Positions 1 to 14,360 of a stretch of 64,000 nt of DNA are shown here, one piece after another. Below the pieces are notes generated by a model. That model did no database searches. It was not told the DNA's origin and saw only the letters and a list, made by a program, of their open reading frames with translations. Positions within the stretch are counted from its first letter, which is position 1; every line of letters starts with the position of its first letter. Source of the stretch: Marsupella aquatica (lineage: Eukaryota > Plantae > Marchantiophyta); NCBI GenBank assembly GCA_973895155.1, contig OZ316898.1:6931079-6995078 (forward strand). Direction: 5' to 3'. The position numbers and the translations under genes are program-made.

Positions 1-2114
1 AAAGGTAGAGGAAAAGCAGAAAGAGCAAGTCCCACCAGGGGAGAAAGTGATGAGGTTGGTGGCAACAGCTACTTCAGCCCCGGTGGCACAATACATAGCT
101 GAACCTGTAACAGCTTTGCACACCCTTGATCCTCGTGTGAAGCAGGTATTCTTCTCTTAATGGGTCCACAATGGCTCGTCGAAATGAGTATAAAATTTCA
201 GATTCTTGCCTTTCACACAATTCAAATGAGTACGATTTATTTGTAGTACTGCTCTGAGATCTGTGTACCTTCACTGGTTGAATTATGTTATATCTTTCAG
301 TAAGACCAGGGGAGGTTAAGCTGCTTTGTGGTTCAAAACACTCTGCTGATCAGCATATTTGTCTGATTTATTAGGGTGGGGTTGCAGGCCTGGCTCTTGG
401 CACTGGTAGTGGTGCCGTCCCGGGCTCATGTCAGTATTCGTTTAGGGCTGGTGGCGTTTTTGCTGCTGGCCACTGTTTGCAGTCTTCCTCGAAGGATATG
501 GCAGGTACAGCGGAAATGGCAAATGGAAATGCAAAGTTGTGTCTTTCTCCAATAAAATATGTGGAAGCCATGTAAGATTATTTGCCTAAGTATGTTAATC
601 CTTCAGAACTAAAATGGTTGCTGGTTTGTCTTTCAGGATCAACTGGGTCGTATGGTATTCCTGTCTGGGCTGCTCTTTGTATTCACAGCTCTTGGAACAG
701 ACGGAGTGCCTCCTGTAGTTCACACCCGCACGCCACCACCGTCCTTTGAAGGTTTCCCTGAAGTTCTTCCGTCTTTAACTGGGTATTCATATGTTCTCTT
801 CAAATTGGGTCCACTACAACTCACTAGGAAAGGTCTAGCGCTGGCAATTGGAGCCTCCTGCCTCTCTTTCACCGTAAGTTCCATTGGAGCTTTAAGTATG
901 ACTCTTCCGGACAAGATTATGGCCTTCCTGTTCTCCACGTAAATGGTGTTGACTTCTGTACTGCATTTTGAAGAGTACGGCCTTCTTCTAAACAGTATTT
1001 GAATCTGATGGCGTTGCAATCTATCTGACTACAAAACTCTAAAATTTTGTCGGTGTTATTTCTCACAACACGAACTGATTCTGGCAGGTCCTTCAAAGCG
1101 CAACACTTTGCTTGACCACTACCACTCCAGAGCAGCTAGCAGCTGGCTTACGGTGGTTCTTTGCACCCTTATTGCGTTTTGGAGCTCCAGTGGATGAAAC
1201 AATTCTCACTCTACTACTTTCACTTCGATTCATCGGCCTTGTATTTGATGAGGTAGAGTACAGTTCGCAGGTTTAGCTCTTTCTTGTCGGGACTCTTGGT
1301 CCCTGGTTGCGTTCCCAGGTTCTCTTGTTTGTTGTTGCTTTGTAGAATTCAGTGACGATACCTGTGATTTACCTGAGCATCCAGGTATTATTGAGTTAAT
1401 GGGGTCTTTCCGTGATGCCTCAGGTTCGCAATATTGCTCTAGCTGTGGTAGCTCGTGGTGTGCAGTGGAAAGCGTTGAAGCTCACAGAGACAATTGATGG
1501 TAGGTTTCAAAATTCTCAGATTCATTATACATGGCATAACTGCAACCTTTGTTGCTGCCTAGATTTGACTATTCAGATAGATGAAAAAAAAGTCAGCAGC
1601 GTCCTCAATCTACGAGCTGCTTTTTCGATCTGGGAAGTGACAGTTTTGTGTTGGACGGATGGCCATTGCAGTATTAGTTACCCTCTGTGGGAGGCTATTC
1701 AAGAATCTACTTAGTCATGCAGAGAAAATTTCGGAGGTCAGTTTTTTTTTTCCCGCGCTATCAATCACGCTTTATTTATTGCCCTGTCCATTGCAATTGC
1801 CTGCAACGAATTTATCGACGAGCAGTTAGTAGAACCTTATTCGAAATTTAACTGAAAGTATCTTTTTTCGACGGTTGAAGCTGGTTTTGTTGCATTCACA
1901 GGATAGTATGAGTTCTTAAAATGAATATCACCTTACATTGGAGAATGCTGTGGTACAGGCAATGGTTGCTCGAGGATTTAAAGGAGATCCTTCAAAACAC
2001 CGCATATATTTTCTCACCCCAATGGCACTGACGTTCCTAGACAAGGTGGCAATTCTCGCTTTAGTTCTTCTTGTGGTAGTGACCATAGTAGTTGACGTTC
2101 TAGTGCCCATTTAA
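1..2114 (+). CDS. ABCI12: ABCI12-like chloroplast ECF transporter T component (CbiQ/EcfT family), 5'-truncated by window edge
   Basis: GT-AG exons <1-145, 388-504, 637-873, 1088-1252, 1424-1499, 1672-1736, 1959-2114 join in frame: ...LHTLDPRVKQ|AWLLALVVVPSRAH...|DQLGRMVFLSG...|VLQSATLCLTTTTPEQL...LSLRFIGLVFDE|VRNIALAVVARG...|AMVARGFKG...PI*. LDPR, TTTPEQL, LRF and the two ARG motifs are EcfT hallmarks. Confidence 0.92.
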
Positions 2115-3939
2115 TCTTCTGTTGTCCTTCAGGGACATACACGTCAATCATGACAGTGTAATAAAATGACTTTTAGCTTTTTCACTGGCGTTTGTGATAC
2201 TGTGGGATGAAGGTTTGAATTAACGAACGAAAATAACAATTTGACTGCAGTTGATAAATTGTAGCAAGAGTCTCGAAGAGTTGGAGGCAAGCTTACACCT
2301 GGTATGAGGAACTTGGACGGGACCATAATTTGGGCTGCTCAGTTCCCCTTCTCAGCCAAGTATTTTGATCAAAGAAATCCTCACGTTTCAATTCTGGCAA
2401 GAGGTTCACTAGCGCGTTAAGTGCTTTCAATTTCACAATGGCATTTTTCATGTGGTTGCAAAGTGTATCAATATATTGGGATGTAGTTTTTGAAAGCAAA
2501 ATGTAAGAGTCACGGAACATTTACACCACTTGTATTTCAACCAGGCCCACATATGGTTGACTAGTGGGATTACAGTCATTGGGCTGACAGGTGCTTGCAT
2601 GGGCGCCACTCTCAATTATCACTCTAATTTGGTGCACTGCATACCTTACTTGTCCAGCGGTTGTCTAACTGCACAAGTGCTAAACTAGAAGACGGATGGG
2701 AAAACATCACATAAATTGTCTTTTGAGCAAGACTTCTACTTTTTCTTTCCTAGTTGTTGGTCGGAGTATATTTGTGAGTGGAAAATACAACTTAAAAGAC
2801 TCTCTCAAGCTCTTACATTCCTGGTTAAAGATGATTATTGAAAAAAGGAAAATAAATAAATTATAACAATAGGATTCTCAAAGGTGGGTCACTAGTGAAA
2901 GTTACTTATTTGTGGTAACTTTGGTTATGGGATCCAGTTATAGAATTATAAAAATGGAGGGAGAATTATAAAAATGGGGGGAGATAGCATTGACCCACCC
3001 CATAAGGCAGGAGTTATGGGCTTACAAGTCTCATAGCATATATTCTGTTTCCTCCATTCTTGATCATCAGGGTCTCAAATGCAGCAGCAATCACCACACC
3101 ATGAGCAAATCTCACGTGCCTTCAGTTGTAGCTTTCCAGAGTTCTGAAGTCCTGAATTGCCAAATTTCCAACTAAGGTTGCGAGAAAGTTATGGGTTAAG
3201 TGTTGAGCCTGGGGGCTTTCCTTATGGTAGCCGAAGATCGACTCCCATAATTTGTATTGGAGTTCCCATAATACTTAGACTTATGGGAGGGCTTTATCTT
3301 GTTAATGCCAAGCTAAGATACGCCCTATTGAAGCAAGAGGAATTGCCCTTGATGAATTGCACTTGTCTTTAAGAGGGAAAGTCTTGTCCTTAGGGCATTG
3401 TCCTTAAACCACCCCTAAGTCGTAGAAGTACCTTCTTTGCTTTTCCTTTCTGGGTGGGGGGTTGTGCCCCAAGCCAGATTAGGGATATGACCAACATAAA
3501 GTCCAGAGCACACAAACAGTAGCGTAGGAGGACTACCTAAGGCACGCCTGTACAGGGAAAATAAATTTTGAACTCACTTTCGAAGATCTTTTGCTGGAGA
3601 GGAGTTAAAGTAGTTTAGGATAACATGTCATATGTTCAGTGCAATAGCTCCAATGTTGTGATGATATTTCGTGTTTATCAAATCCTAGAGTTTGAAGTAC
3701 CACCAAAATGTCAAAAATAGTCATTTAACTGAAAGAGTTTGGGTTTAGGGACTTTGGGTTTTTTATGTGTTGAAAGGCCACCTCAATGGACACTTTCAAA
3801 TCTAGGGTTGAGCCTTGCAACCTCATCATTGAAAGACTGTTTAATTTATCTGGCAACCCTACTCATTGAGAGGAAACCAACTCCAAAGCTCGGACTTGGG
3901 TTCTTGTTGTATAATTCCCCTTGACAGCCTCTTCGCATG

Positions 3940-4091
3940 GCGCACACATCACATCATCTGTAAGCATCGCTCTATGAGTTTGCAATGATATGTTCTATGC
4001 AATGACATCTTTTCTACATACGACATTTTTTACGCGTCTGACATCTGTTATGCATTGACATTTTTTGAGCAACACATAGGTATTGAGCTAG
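3940..4091 (+). mobile_element. Probable Helitron 3' end preceded by degenerate ~19-bp GACATCTTTT-type repeats
   Basis: Ends GCAACACATAGGTATTGAGCTAG|T, resembling the plant Helitron 3' terminus (GCAACGCACGGGCA...CTAG followed by host T). The same architecture recurs at 53290-53668. Confidence 0.5.
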
Positions 4092-4519
4092 TTTATCCTA
4101 ATTGTTGATATATGTTCTTGTTTATTCCTATGCTTTGGTTTAGTTTTAATCAGTTTTCTCTGGTGTAGAAAGGGGGATCATGCTTGGTTTTAGTCCATAA
4201 CTTTTAGATATATATGGCAATGTATGTATACCAATCATCAAGTTTCAAAGCAACATGGGATGAGACACTACCTATGAATAAGCTTGAGAGGGGAAAAAAC
4301 TACCTTGGCAATATGTGTAGAGTAATCCACCCCATATTGAGGGGTTGATGGGCTATTATCTCGAAGGGTAATAAGTCCCTATTCCTTATCTAATTTAATT
4401 TATCCCATTAATTTATGAGTCTTAGATTTGCCTAGATTTAAAGATAATTTTCATGGCAAATGGGATCTATGAATATCTAGGGGAACTCCTTGGAACAATT
4501 TTTTTGGTTCATTTTAAGC

Positions 4520-5217
4520 TAGCAAAATACTTGATGGGGCCCCTCTAATGAAAAATATTCCTGACTAGCCCCTAACTTTTCAAATATACTTAATGGGGCC
4601 CTTTGTCCCTGTAACCCTTTCTCAGGACCTGTCATCTTAGTTTTTCCATTTTTCAATTGTAATATACTGTACAAATTTATACCTCAGTCCACCAGATGTA
4701 CTGTCTAGAATTCAATGTACTTTTGTTTGAAAATATCCATATAATTTATGTACAAAATATTTAGCACTTCTGACTCCCATATTCGCTACCCATATTCATT
4801 TGTTTCATGTTTTAAAATATTTCTACAAGGGAAGTAGTACTTAAGGTAAGCAAGTTCTGCTCTCTTTAGTTATTTTCTCTCAATGTAGGGAATTACTCAT
4901 ACCTGAAAATATTTCTCCTAAACATAGTTTCATCTGAACTTTAGGAAGGTGAACCAATGGGTTTGGGTGCTATCCGGGTGCTATTTGGGTGCTATTTTTT
5001 AAAAGTTGTTTTTTGCAAACAATTTTTTGATACTATTTTTCCAAACCATTTTTGGAAATATTCACCTTAGTCCTAAGTATAACCCTTTCTCAGGACCTGT
5101 CATATTAGTGTTTTTCACCTTCCAAAACATGATGTCACGTTAGACATAAGTATATTTGAAAAGTTAGGGGCTAGTCAGGAATATCTTCCATTAGAGGGGC
5201 CATCAAGGATTTTGCTA
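4520..5217. mobile_element. Non-autonomous Mutator-like element (MULE-MITE)
   Basis: About 72-bp terminal inverted repeats (4520-4592 vs 5147-5217, few mismatches), flanked by a 9-bp direct repeat ATTTTAAGC (4511-4519) / ATTTTAGGC (5218-5226). No ORF. Confidence 0.8.
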
Positions 5218-6446
5218 ATTTTAGGCCAAAGTCATCAATAATTGTTAGTGGGGTGAATTTTTACACTTTTAAAAACTAGGCTACTTACAAGTACACGAAA
5301 TGCAAAGAGTGGTCAAGGGATGGTCAACGAGGGTCACACATGATACTAACGCCGGTGCGGTCCACGACAGGGAAGGGTCTCATGCGGAAGAGCGGCAAAC
5401 CGCACTCCCACACCCCACCTCTCCACCGCCCTCAACAAACACAGAGGGAGCGGCAGATTCATTCCCGCCATCACCCGAGCATCGGTGCTTTTTTCGTCGA
5501 GAGAGGAAAGCCCCGGCAGAAAACCCCTCAAATTTAGCGGAGTCACGAGTTTAGGGTTACGAGTGCCCCTAATTGAGACACCCTCGACTGGGGGATGGCG
5601 GAAGTCTGCCCCCTGGACCCCGACCCGCTATTTTCTCCTCCCCATCCCTTCTCTACAAAAGTTTGGCGAAATGGAAAGAGCTTTAGTATGGTTCGGATTC
5701 TTTCGTTTTGGCGCTTATGGGTTTATACAAATTCGAGTCATTTCCCGCATTGGTCACGTCTGCGAAGTGACCGAGGGGCAAATCGATGATTGTGAAGGAG
5801 CTGACGTGAATTCCGAGGTGGAACTCGATCGAAGGGAGCAAGGAAAGGGACATTTCGTCGACGATGCTTCATATGCTTTGTTTGTTTTATGATGACGATT
5901 TGGACTCAGAACCAGTTTACAGTTCACCTGTCAAATGCCAGTTTGGTACTGGAGCTCTGCAATTTGCGAGGATTACGTTCCTCTGATGATTTGAAGTGAA
6001 AGACGGTCCAATAATATTCAATTTTGCTTTGCAATCGGCTGTAGGAGGTACGTTATTTCAGAATCGGTTGGTGGGTTGATTGTATGTCCCTGGGAATCTA
6101 ATCCGTGGGATGATTTGTCGAGAACTTCTGCCGCCTCTGTTGTGATTGAATTGAATCCGTTCTTGCCTGTTCTCCGTCTCTGAATGCAGTCGCTTCCGGC
6201 TCGATAGCTAGTTTCTTTTTTGAAACTCATCTTTGAGAGCCGTCTGTGAGCGCTATCTCTCTGTGACAAGCGAATTGTTGGGAGGTTTCATGATCGACGG
6301 TTTGTCCTATCTGGAAATCTGGTTGTTTGTTCTTCTAGAGGAGTCGAAGCTGGTCTAATTGTGATTCTGGATTTTACGTGCATTTTTATCATTGCTTACT
6401 TGCTCGTGTGTTCGGGATGTTGAATATCTTGTAGAGACTGGTGATA

Positions 6447-9400
6447 ATGGCTTCCTGCGTGACTCTGGCTCGTGCGGCGGCACAATCGCTTGTGGCCACT
6501 TCGGGTTCCCATGCTGCGCCAGCGGCATTGACCATCTCTCCTGGCGCTGCCACTGCGGCTCCAATGCGGGGACTCCTCTCTGTCCCAACTTCGTCATCCT
6601 CGTTCTTTTCTGGGTTTTTACCTGTGAAGAGCATTCCCGCAGCAAAGGGCGTCAGTGTACGTTCACAGTCCAGCGGGCGAGTGGTGGCTTCTGCCAACGG
6701 GACTGGTGCCTCCGCCGGTTTGGCGATCGACTTACGAGGTAACTTTCTGAGTTTGTTTTTCGCTTCTTTTGAAGCATGATGTAGTGAATCGATAAAAGAT
6801 TTGGCTTGCAGGTCCGCTTCCGATTTCAATTCTAGGCCGTATTCAAGTACTGACCTTAAAACGTATAAATCGGACTTTTGGCGAAAGGTACTCAGTTCCA
6901 TGAGCTTGTCTAGACTTATGCGAATTGATCTGACAGCATTTCCTCGCTTTAGTCCATTGATCATGTTAGTTTTGCAAAACTGGTCTTCAGCGTTGCTGTC
7001 TCCAAGGTGGTTTGAATGTATGTCGTCGTTATATCCATCTGCAGCGCGTCTAAGTTTTGTGATTTGGCCATGTGCAGGTAAAACTGCTTTTATTGCTGGA
7101 GTTGCCGACGACAACGGATTTGGGTGGGCAATTGCGAAGTCCCTTGCAGAAGCCGGAGCGACTATCCTGGTTGGAACTTGGGTTCCTGTAAGTGTGTCCT
7201 TGATAAGTCGCTGAGACTGTTTTCTGACGGTTTGATGTCTTTTGCCGCGACTCAATTTTATTCAAAATTCCTTTGAATTCCTTTTTTGACAAAGTGAAAT
7301 GTTTCTCTGTCTTTAGGCTCAGTTTGCCTTTCGAAAGGAAAAGTGTGAACTTTCACTCGAGTATCTTGCTGATGAGTTTCGAACTTTCGGCTTTGCAGGC
7401 TCTGAATATTTTTGAAACAAGCTTGAAGAGGGGAAAATTTGACGAGTCTCGAAAGTGAGCCCAACACAGCCGATTTGGATGGCAAGATTTTTTTCTTTTG
7501 TGATCTAATGTCATAACCTTAAAGCTGCTTGTCTCCTTCCATACTCAATCCTTGGTTGTAGTAACTGGCAGTGGCGGACCGTTTTGTCCGTTTTCGCTGT
7601 TGTGGACGACACGGATCCTCGAAGCTGACTAGAAGGTTCTTTTGCAGGCTGCCAAATGGGTCGTTGTTTGAAATTGCCAAGATTTATCCTCTTGATGCCG
7701 TATTCGATACACCAGAGGATGTTCCTGAAGATGTAAGTTAGAGCCGCAGTCACGTCATTGCGGTTGTGTATTGCTAGAACGTGTTTATGGAAGAAGAGCC
7801 ACGCAGGGTACGTACAGCTTTTGCGACTGTAATGTCTTTCCAGATATTGATCCGTTCTTATTGTCCTCTGGGCAGATTAAAAGCAATAAGAGATATGCGG
7901 GCGCCTCGAAGTGGACTGTGAAGGTACATTTTATAAGAATCGCTTGTGGGGCTATCTGCTCTAAACCTTTTTAAGATCTGTGATTCAAGATCATCGAGAG
8001 GTCAGTGCCGTAATAATACAACCTTGGATCATGCCTGAAGCAAGAGCTAAGCTAAGCCGGTCGTCTACTGCTCCACAGGAAGTTGCCGAAGATGTGTTTG
8101 CTGACTATGGAAAAATTGATATTCTTGTCCACTCACTAGCGAATGGTCCCGAGGTACGAGTTTGCAAGAGCGGCCCTTGATGTAGTCCTTAATTCTGCCA
8201 TGATAATGCCATTTATTGTCAATGGAAAATATCAAATAATTGGGGAAGTTACCATTTTCAGGCTGGTATTTGGATGCGCAGGTTACAAAACCTTTGCTCG
8301 ACACTTCCCGAAAAGGATACCTAGCTGCTCTCTCGGCATCAACCTACTCTTACATCTCACTTCTCAAGTATTTTGCACCTATCATGAATTCAGGTAACGA
8401 GCTATGTCAATGGATAAATGAGTAAATGCGTTAGTTCCATAAGAGCCGAAGTATGACATCTTCCGTGTCAATTCAAACTTTTTTTAGTTCTACTTGTTTC
8501 TTGAATTTTTATCTCATTTCAGGGACTTGTCACCGCATATCTATTTTATTTTATTTGTGCGTGGTGTTGGTGACGGTTTTTGTTTTTGTTTTTTTTGGGG
8601 GGGCAGTGTTGGGTTTCGACAAGCTGATAGATTTTGATTCCTGATTTAGTTCTCTAAACAAATGCGCGTCACTGTTGGCAGGTGGTGCTGCAATATCGTT
8701 GACATATATTGCTGGCGAGAAAGCAATACCAGGGTGAGTATGAGCGTTCTAATAGTCCCTCAACTATATGAAACAGACTAGGATGGAAGGTCTAGCGTAT
8801 GGATAAGAATTTCAACGGTTGGAACTGTGAGTACGAGAAGTCATATGAGAGTAAGCGGTCTAAGCACGTCCTATCAATCATCTTTGTCAACAAAATAGTG
8901 CATCATGGACTGGAGTGTTGTCAGAGCTCTCTTTGTGTGTCTTGTTTTACTTTGGGTTCCAAAGGCTTTCAATTTTTTTCATTCTCTACCTCAAATTTCC
9001 TGGATGTGTGGACATTACAAGTAGTGCACGTCTCACCTCAAAAGTTTCTTTTTCTTGAATTTTCAGATATGGAGGAGGCATGAGCTCTGCCAAGGCAGCC
9101 CTGGACAGTGATACACAGGTATATCCCTCTGACACATTAGGACGTCAGGTGATAATGGGCATAGCAAGAAGTTCGTGAGAGTTGTTGTTGGATACCGGCT
9201 GTGTTTTGTAGAGTATCGTATTTTGCACGTGATATGATCTAAAAATGGCAATGCCATGCGTTAGTTTCTTCTTGCACTTGTCTTCTGTGATTCCCTCTGA
9301 CTCCTCATTTCCTTGGAACTTTCAAGGTACTGGCTTTTGAAGTGGGGAGGAAATACAATATTCGAGTGAATGTCATTTCTGCTGGTATAATTTTCGGCTC

Positions 9401-9934
9401 TAAACCTTGTTTTCCCCATCATATCGCATTAATGTTTCAGTTCTGGGCTAATAAGAGTCACATGTGAACTTTGACTGGGAGCTGAAGTTGAGTTTGGTGT
9501 CTCTCAGGACCATTGGGAAGCAGAGCTGCCAAGGCAATCGGTTTCATTGATGACATGATCAAATACTCTTGCAGCAACGCCCCACTGCAAAAGGAGCTCG
9601 AATCCGGTTAGCGACATTCATACCGTTTTCTCGTTTTTTATTATTAAGCATTATTTGTAGTAGTGTGTGGATAAGGGATCTCTGCTATGAAGTTTTGCAA
9701 GCGCCAAATTCAGTCGAATCTCTCAGAAGTCTTATTGCTAACCTTAAGAAGTCAATGTTTGCAGGTAATGTCGGTACCACAGCTGCCTTCCTTGTATCAC
9801 CGCTTGCTTCTGCAATCACCGGAAGCGTTGTTTATGTCGATAATGGACTGCATTGTATGGGTGTAGCTATTGACAGTCCTGCCATCAGCAAAGTTGCAGA
9901 TGCTCCAACCGAGAAAGCTAGTGTACCAGCCTAA
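6447..9934 (+). CDS. ENR1: Plastid enoyl-[acyl-carrier-protein] reductase (NADH), FabI/ENR
   Basis: 12 coding exons: 6447-6738, 7078-7187, 7399-7454, 7648-7732, 7876-7923, 8079-8153, 8282-8393, 8682-8733, 9067-9118, 9327-9384, 9508-9606, 9765-9934. Ala/Ser-rich transit peptide, [38 protein letters not shown], catalytic [22 protein letters not shown]. 5'UTR intron acceptor at 6434. Confidence 0.97.
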
Positions 9935-12900
9935 CCTGATAAAATGGAATCAGCTACTGGAGCAAGTGTGCCCGAAGGGCACCTCGCCCATAGGATGTCA
10001 TTAAGTCTGTCAGTGAGAGCATGACGGAAAGCAGGTAACCCAGCTAGTCTGGTTGACTCTTATGCCAAGACTCACTCCATTTAGTGAGATACCTGTGGTA
10101 TATATTTTTCGCTGGCCAAATTGGCTGCAAAGGGTGGGTCACATTCCAGAGACGAGTTGGGAAGCACAACCGCAGTTAAGGCTGCATGCAGGATCGCACT
10201 AGGCAAACAAATGTTGGAATGTGATTGTATGACATTCTTCGGATATCTCAATGAAGCTGACGCCCAATTTTCCTATCATGGAATCACACTGCCTTTCCCC
10301 CTTCGATGTTCTTGTTTCACGTGTTTGGCTTGGCTGCTGTAGACTGAGGAACCTATTGCAGACGTGCTTTTGACGACACATTACGTAAAAGCACTCTACA
10401 AAACCTCTCAAATGAATCCATTTTGAGGATAGGCGACAAGGCCCCACGCTGCGAACTCCTTGACTGCGATACCAAAGCTTGAACTATATTGGTCTTGCAG
10501 TGAGTGCCCCTCGTATTGACCGTGCAGCTGGGTTTCATCGGCATTTCTATGGAGAGCCACAGACGAAGGCTCCTCGGGAGTAAATATTCGGCCCATTTCT
10601 AAAATGTGGCTGCAGGAATAGTCACCAACGATGCACGGTCGCTTGTTTTATCTAACTCACATGTATCAGTGAATTCCCTTTCCCCTTACATGAAGGAATA
10701 CAATAGGGAACATTGAATTCGGACCAATGGAGAGAATCTTGGATCTGGACGGGAAACGGTGGCAACAATGTTGGCAAAGTAGTTCTCAGAATGGTGGAAC
10801 TTTCTTCTCTTTCTATTTAAGCAGACAATGTTAACTACCCAAAGTTACACAAACAAGCAAGAAGAAAGAGTCCAGAGAGGACAGGCCAATATATATTTTG
10901 ACTCAGGGATATGCATTATTCTTGAGCTCCCAGATTTGGAGGGTGTAAGTGGGAAAGATGGAGAACAGACAATCTAGAATCTACTGGATTGGACATGCAT
11001 TATTCTTGAGCTCCCAGAGGTAAAGAGGTTAAGTGGGAAGGATGAAACCATAGACGGATGAAACCATTGACTGGTTATAATTTGCGTAGTAAAAGCAAAT
11101 TTTGAAATGTAGACTATGCTTGTGAGTTGGGATGGACAATGGGAGAATTTGGTCATGGGGAGCTCGTCTAGTTCATACAAACAGATATTCCTTTTAGGAA
11201 GAACTAATAGCCATCAGTTAGATTATCAAACTACCAAAACATCTAATGATTCTTCTCCTTTCTGGACCACACTAATCCACGAGATGTTTTCCCAATCAAT
11301 TCAACGTCCTTCTGTGGACAAGATTTCAAACAAGTGATAAATAAAAGGCAGGACCGTGAAAATCACTGGTGCAACACATCACGCTGCTAGCATCTCATGG
11401 AGTGGAACAAGGATCACCCACTGATGTTTCGTTTGGCCAAAAGTGACCAAGATTTTTCAGCCACGTGAAATTTGGCCACAAAAATGATAATTGGTGACAC
11501 TAGTAGTACAGAGGGTGAGCGATGTCTGACTCGAGGGGGGGACCGCACCCACTGGGGGGTGGCAAAGTGTCATAGTACGATGCCTACAGGATCACACCTA
11601 CCGTAGGGTGGGCGGGGAGGTGGGGGCCGGGGGATTTCCTTTGCTTCCAAAGGAGTGGCTTTTGTAGCTTTTAGAGATAACGACTAGAGATAACGATAAA
11701 TATGCACGTACTCCATAAAATTAACATCAATAAATTGAAGAATGTATGTGATAACATAAATGGCTGATGTACATAAAGATGTACTGTAGTACTCATTACC
11801 TGGTACCCAATATTCATAAGTGGCTGGGCTAATTTATTACTATTTGATTCCACCCCTTTCACTAAAACCAATTCTAAGCCAGTTTATTACTGAAATATTT
11901 TCTAAAGTTGATATAATTCTGTAATTTAAGGAATCTCATATCAGGATTAATGGGGGGACTCAAAATTAGGGTTGGATCTTTCTGTCATGGAATGACTCTT
12001 GTGCCTGTAAGGCCAACTGTGGGCTTGGCAAAATTTTGGCTTTTAATTTTTTCACACTCCAGGATAGAACTGGTGCGGGTGGGTGAGATACTCAAAGTTG
12101 TGCTGGGTGCTCAGCTTTCCAAAAGAAAATCACAGGGTGATGATTAGGCCCAAACAGTCATCGGAAGACGGTCAAAACTCGCAACCACATTGTGCGGACC
12201 TGCCTTGGGAGCTCTTGCACAACGTTACAGCCAAGTCTGCCCAAACCTAACTCGGACGGGCAGAAATGAGCCCCGGCCAATAGGGCATGTCACAGTACTG
12301 ACATAAGCAAGGTCTTATGGCTGAGACTTGTTGGACATGTCATCTGTATAGGGCACCTATTTAGGCAGCCTGTAACTTTTTATCCAGGCCCTAAGAACAC
12401 TGTCTTTAATATATCTTTGGCCCTAACTTACATATATGTGTCTGGGGTGTTTTATCTGAGTTTGGAGTATGCAAGGGTCAAATTCCCGCTATATATGCAT
12501 TCATGCTTTTGACACAAATCCCAGCCAAAGTGAGTTGTGGGCAAAAAGTGCTGCAAGCAGTGAGCTCAAGGCTCATTAAGAAGCCTCCATATTAGCCTTT
12601 GACATGAAGAAATTTTTCAAAGGACATATCAAGGGGTAACCTTCCACGAAATGTTAGAGCTTACAATCCAAAATGTTATGAATCAGAAAAGCTCTGATCC
12701 ATAACTTGATCATAAGGTTGCTGCATAGCTAGACAACATAAAAGAGAAAATGGGAGAATTTCAACTGACGTGCAAAAAGGTTAAAGACCAGCCAGAGACC
12801 TTTAGTAAGCAAAGACTTCCAAGGATTGAGAGGCCCTGTTACCTCCATTCCACCACTAATTTGCATGATAAGTGCCAAAATTCAACGAACAATAAACATG

Positions 12901-13708
12901 TGCCATGTGGACTCCTTTAAACTGCCAAAAGTTATCAATGCACTTGTAAAAGTGAATTAATGACCCAACACTCCTTTGAGTGTTGAGAAGAGTACTTGAC
13001 TTAAGAACAAAAATCTTTGACATCAGTCTAGCTAGCCCGCTAGCCCTCCTCACTGCAACTTGATTCCAAATTTTATTTGTATCCATAGTTAGCTATCAAT
13101 CAAGGTTCATCCCCTCTTTCACTATTGGTGTGCAATTTAACATTCTCTTTCACGGGCTCTTTCAATTTCAATACAAATAATATGCCTTCTCATGAATATG
13201 AACTTGGTACTAGGAAAAGAAAATGCATAAAAGCACAAACTGACAATGAGTTGTGCAATGAAAGCCACAACTCTCTTTTGAATGATTGATGTTGTTATTT
13301 TTTAGTCAGACAAGGTTTGGGAGAGGGGGAGGATATTAGGGGCAAGGGAGGGATGAAAGAAGGATTTTAGAGTTTAATCTCTTTGATTCAAGTCTGGCTG
13401 TCTCTTGCTGGGATTGCATCCTCCTCTTATGCCTAGAATTCCATACTAGAGTAGTCACAATTTTGTGCAGAACCTGCACAAAGCACTAATTATCTTTCAT
13501 TTGAGGTAGCAATTGCAAGGCCAGAATATTATTATTCTGTTCAGCTTTAATTTTAAAAACAATGCATATACTAAAATGTCAGTGTTTACACCAGGATGCT
13601 TACAATCTTCTTCAAATTCATGCGAAAAAATTCTTTCAAGGTTTCCGAGTGACCCCTAAGTATTTTTTTAGTTAGGCCCCCAAAAATGACAGTATGGTGA
13701 CCGGACCA

Positions 13709-14006
13709 TGTAAGCAACCATTGGCTCCAAACTAGATAGCAAATGCGGAACATGAGAACATCTAATCTCACACTACACCAACAAGACATCACAATGGAGA
13801 AACCCCTAAAGTATACATAGCTCATGAGAAAGTACATGTGAAGAACAAGGAAGAGATTACACTCCCTCCAACCTATACCCCCTAGGGGGCTCAAGATATG
13901 TGGGCCTAAACTAAGTGGATCTTATCCGAATGTAATCAAGGGTTAACTAACTTACCCTAGTAAGGCCAAACTAACTAAAGTTGAGAACTCGAGTCAACTC
14001 CTAACA
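13709..14006. mobile_element. Solo LTR (298 bp)
   Basis: TGTAAG...CTAACA termini flanked by a perfect 5-bp TSD GACCA (13704-13708 / 14007-14011). Confidence 0.8.
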
Positions 14007-14206
14007 GACCAGACAAAACCTTCCAAATCCAAATTAGGGAGTCCAAGTTCTAAGGTTCTTTGACTCCCTCCATCAAACTAAAATGGCACTTTTGTAGATG
14101 GGACTAGACAACCTTGGAAAACCAAATAAGGGGGTCCAAGTTCTTAGGTCCTTTGGCCTCACTCCATCCCTAGTACTTGTCGTGTCAAGTAAAAATCTTC
14201 CATGTC

Positions 14207-14360
14207 CATCTCTGCATTGTGATGGGCACTAGACTATCATACTCACAAAAGTGTTCAAATGTACCATATCTTCAGCTCCCTAACATCTCTGCATTGTGAT
14301 GGGCACTAGACTACCATATTCACAAAAGAGTTCACATGTACCATATCTTCAACTCCCTAA
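14207..14360. repeat. 77-bp tandem duplication
   Basis: CATCTCTGCATTGTGATGGGCACTAGACT...CTCCCTAA occurs twice (starts 14207 and 14284) with a few substitutions. Confidence 0.9.

Noticed and set aside
6389-7255. 288-aa minus-strand ORF
   Set aside because: Antisense shadow of ENR exons 1-2 and their intron; no recognisable domain.
9119-9130. U12-type donor in ENR (GTATATCCCT)
   Set aside because: Does not match GTATCCTT; treated as a U2 intron.
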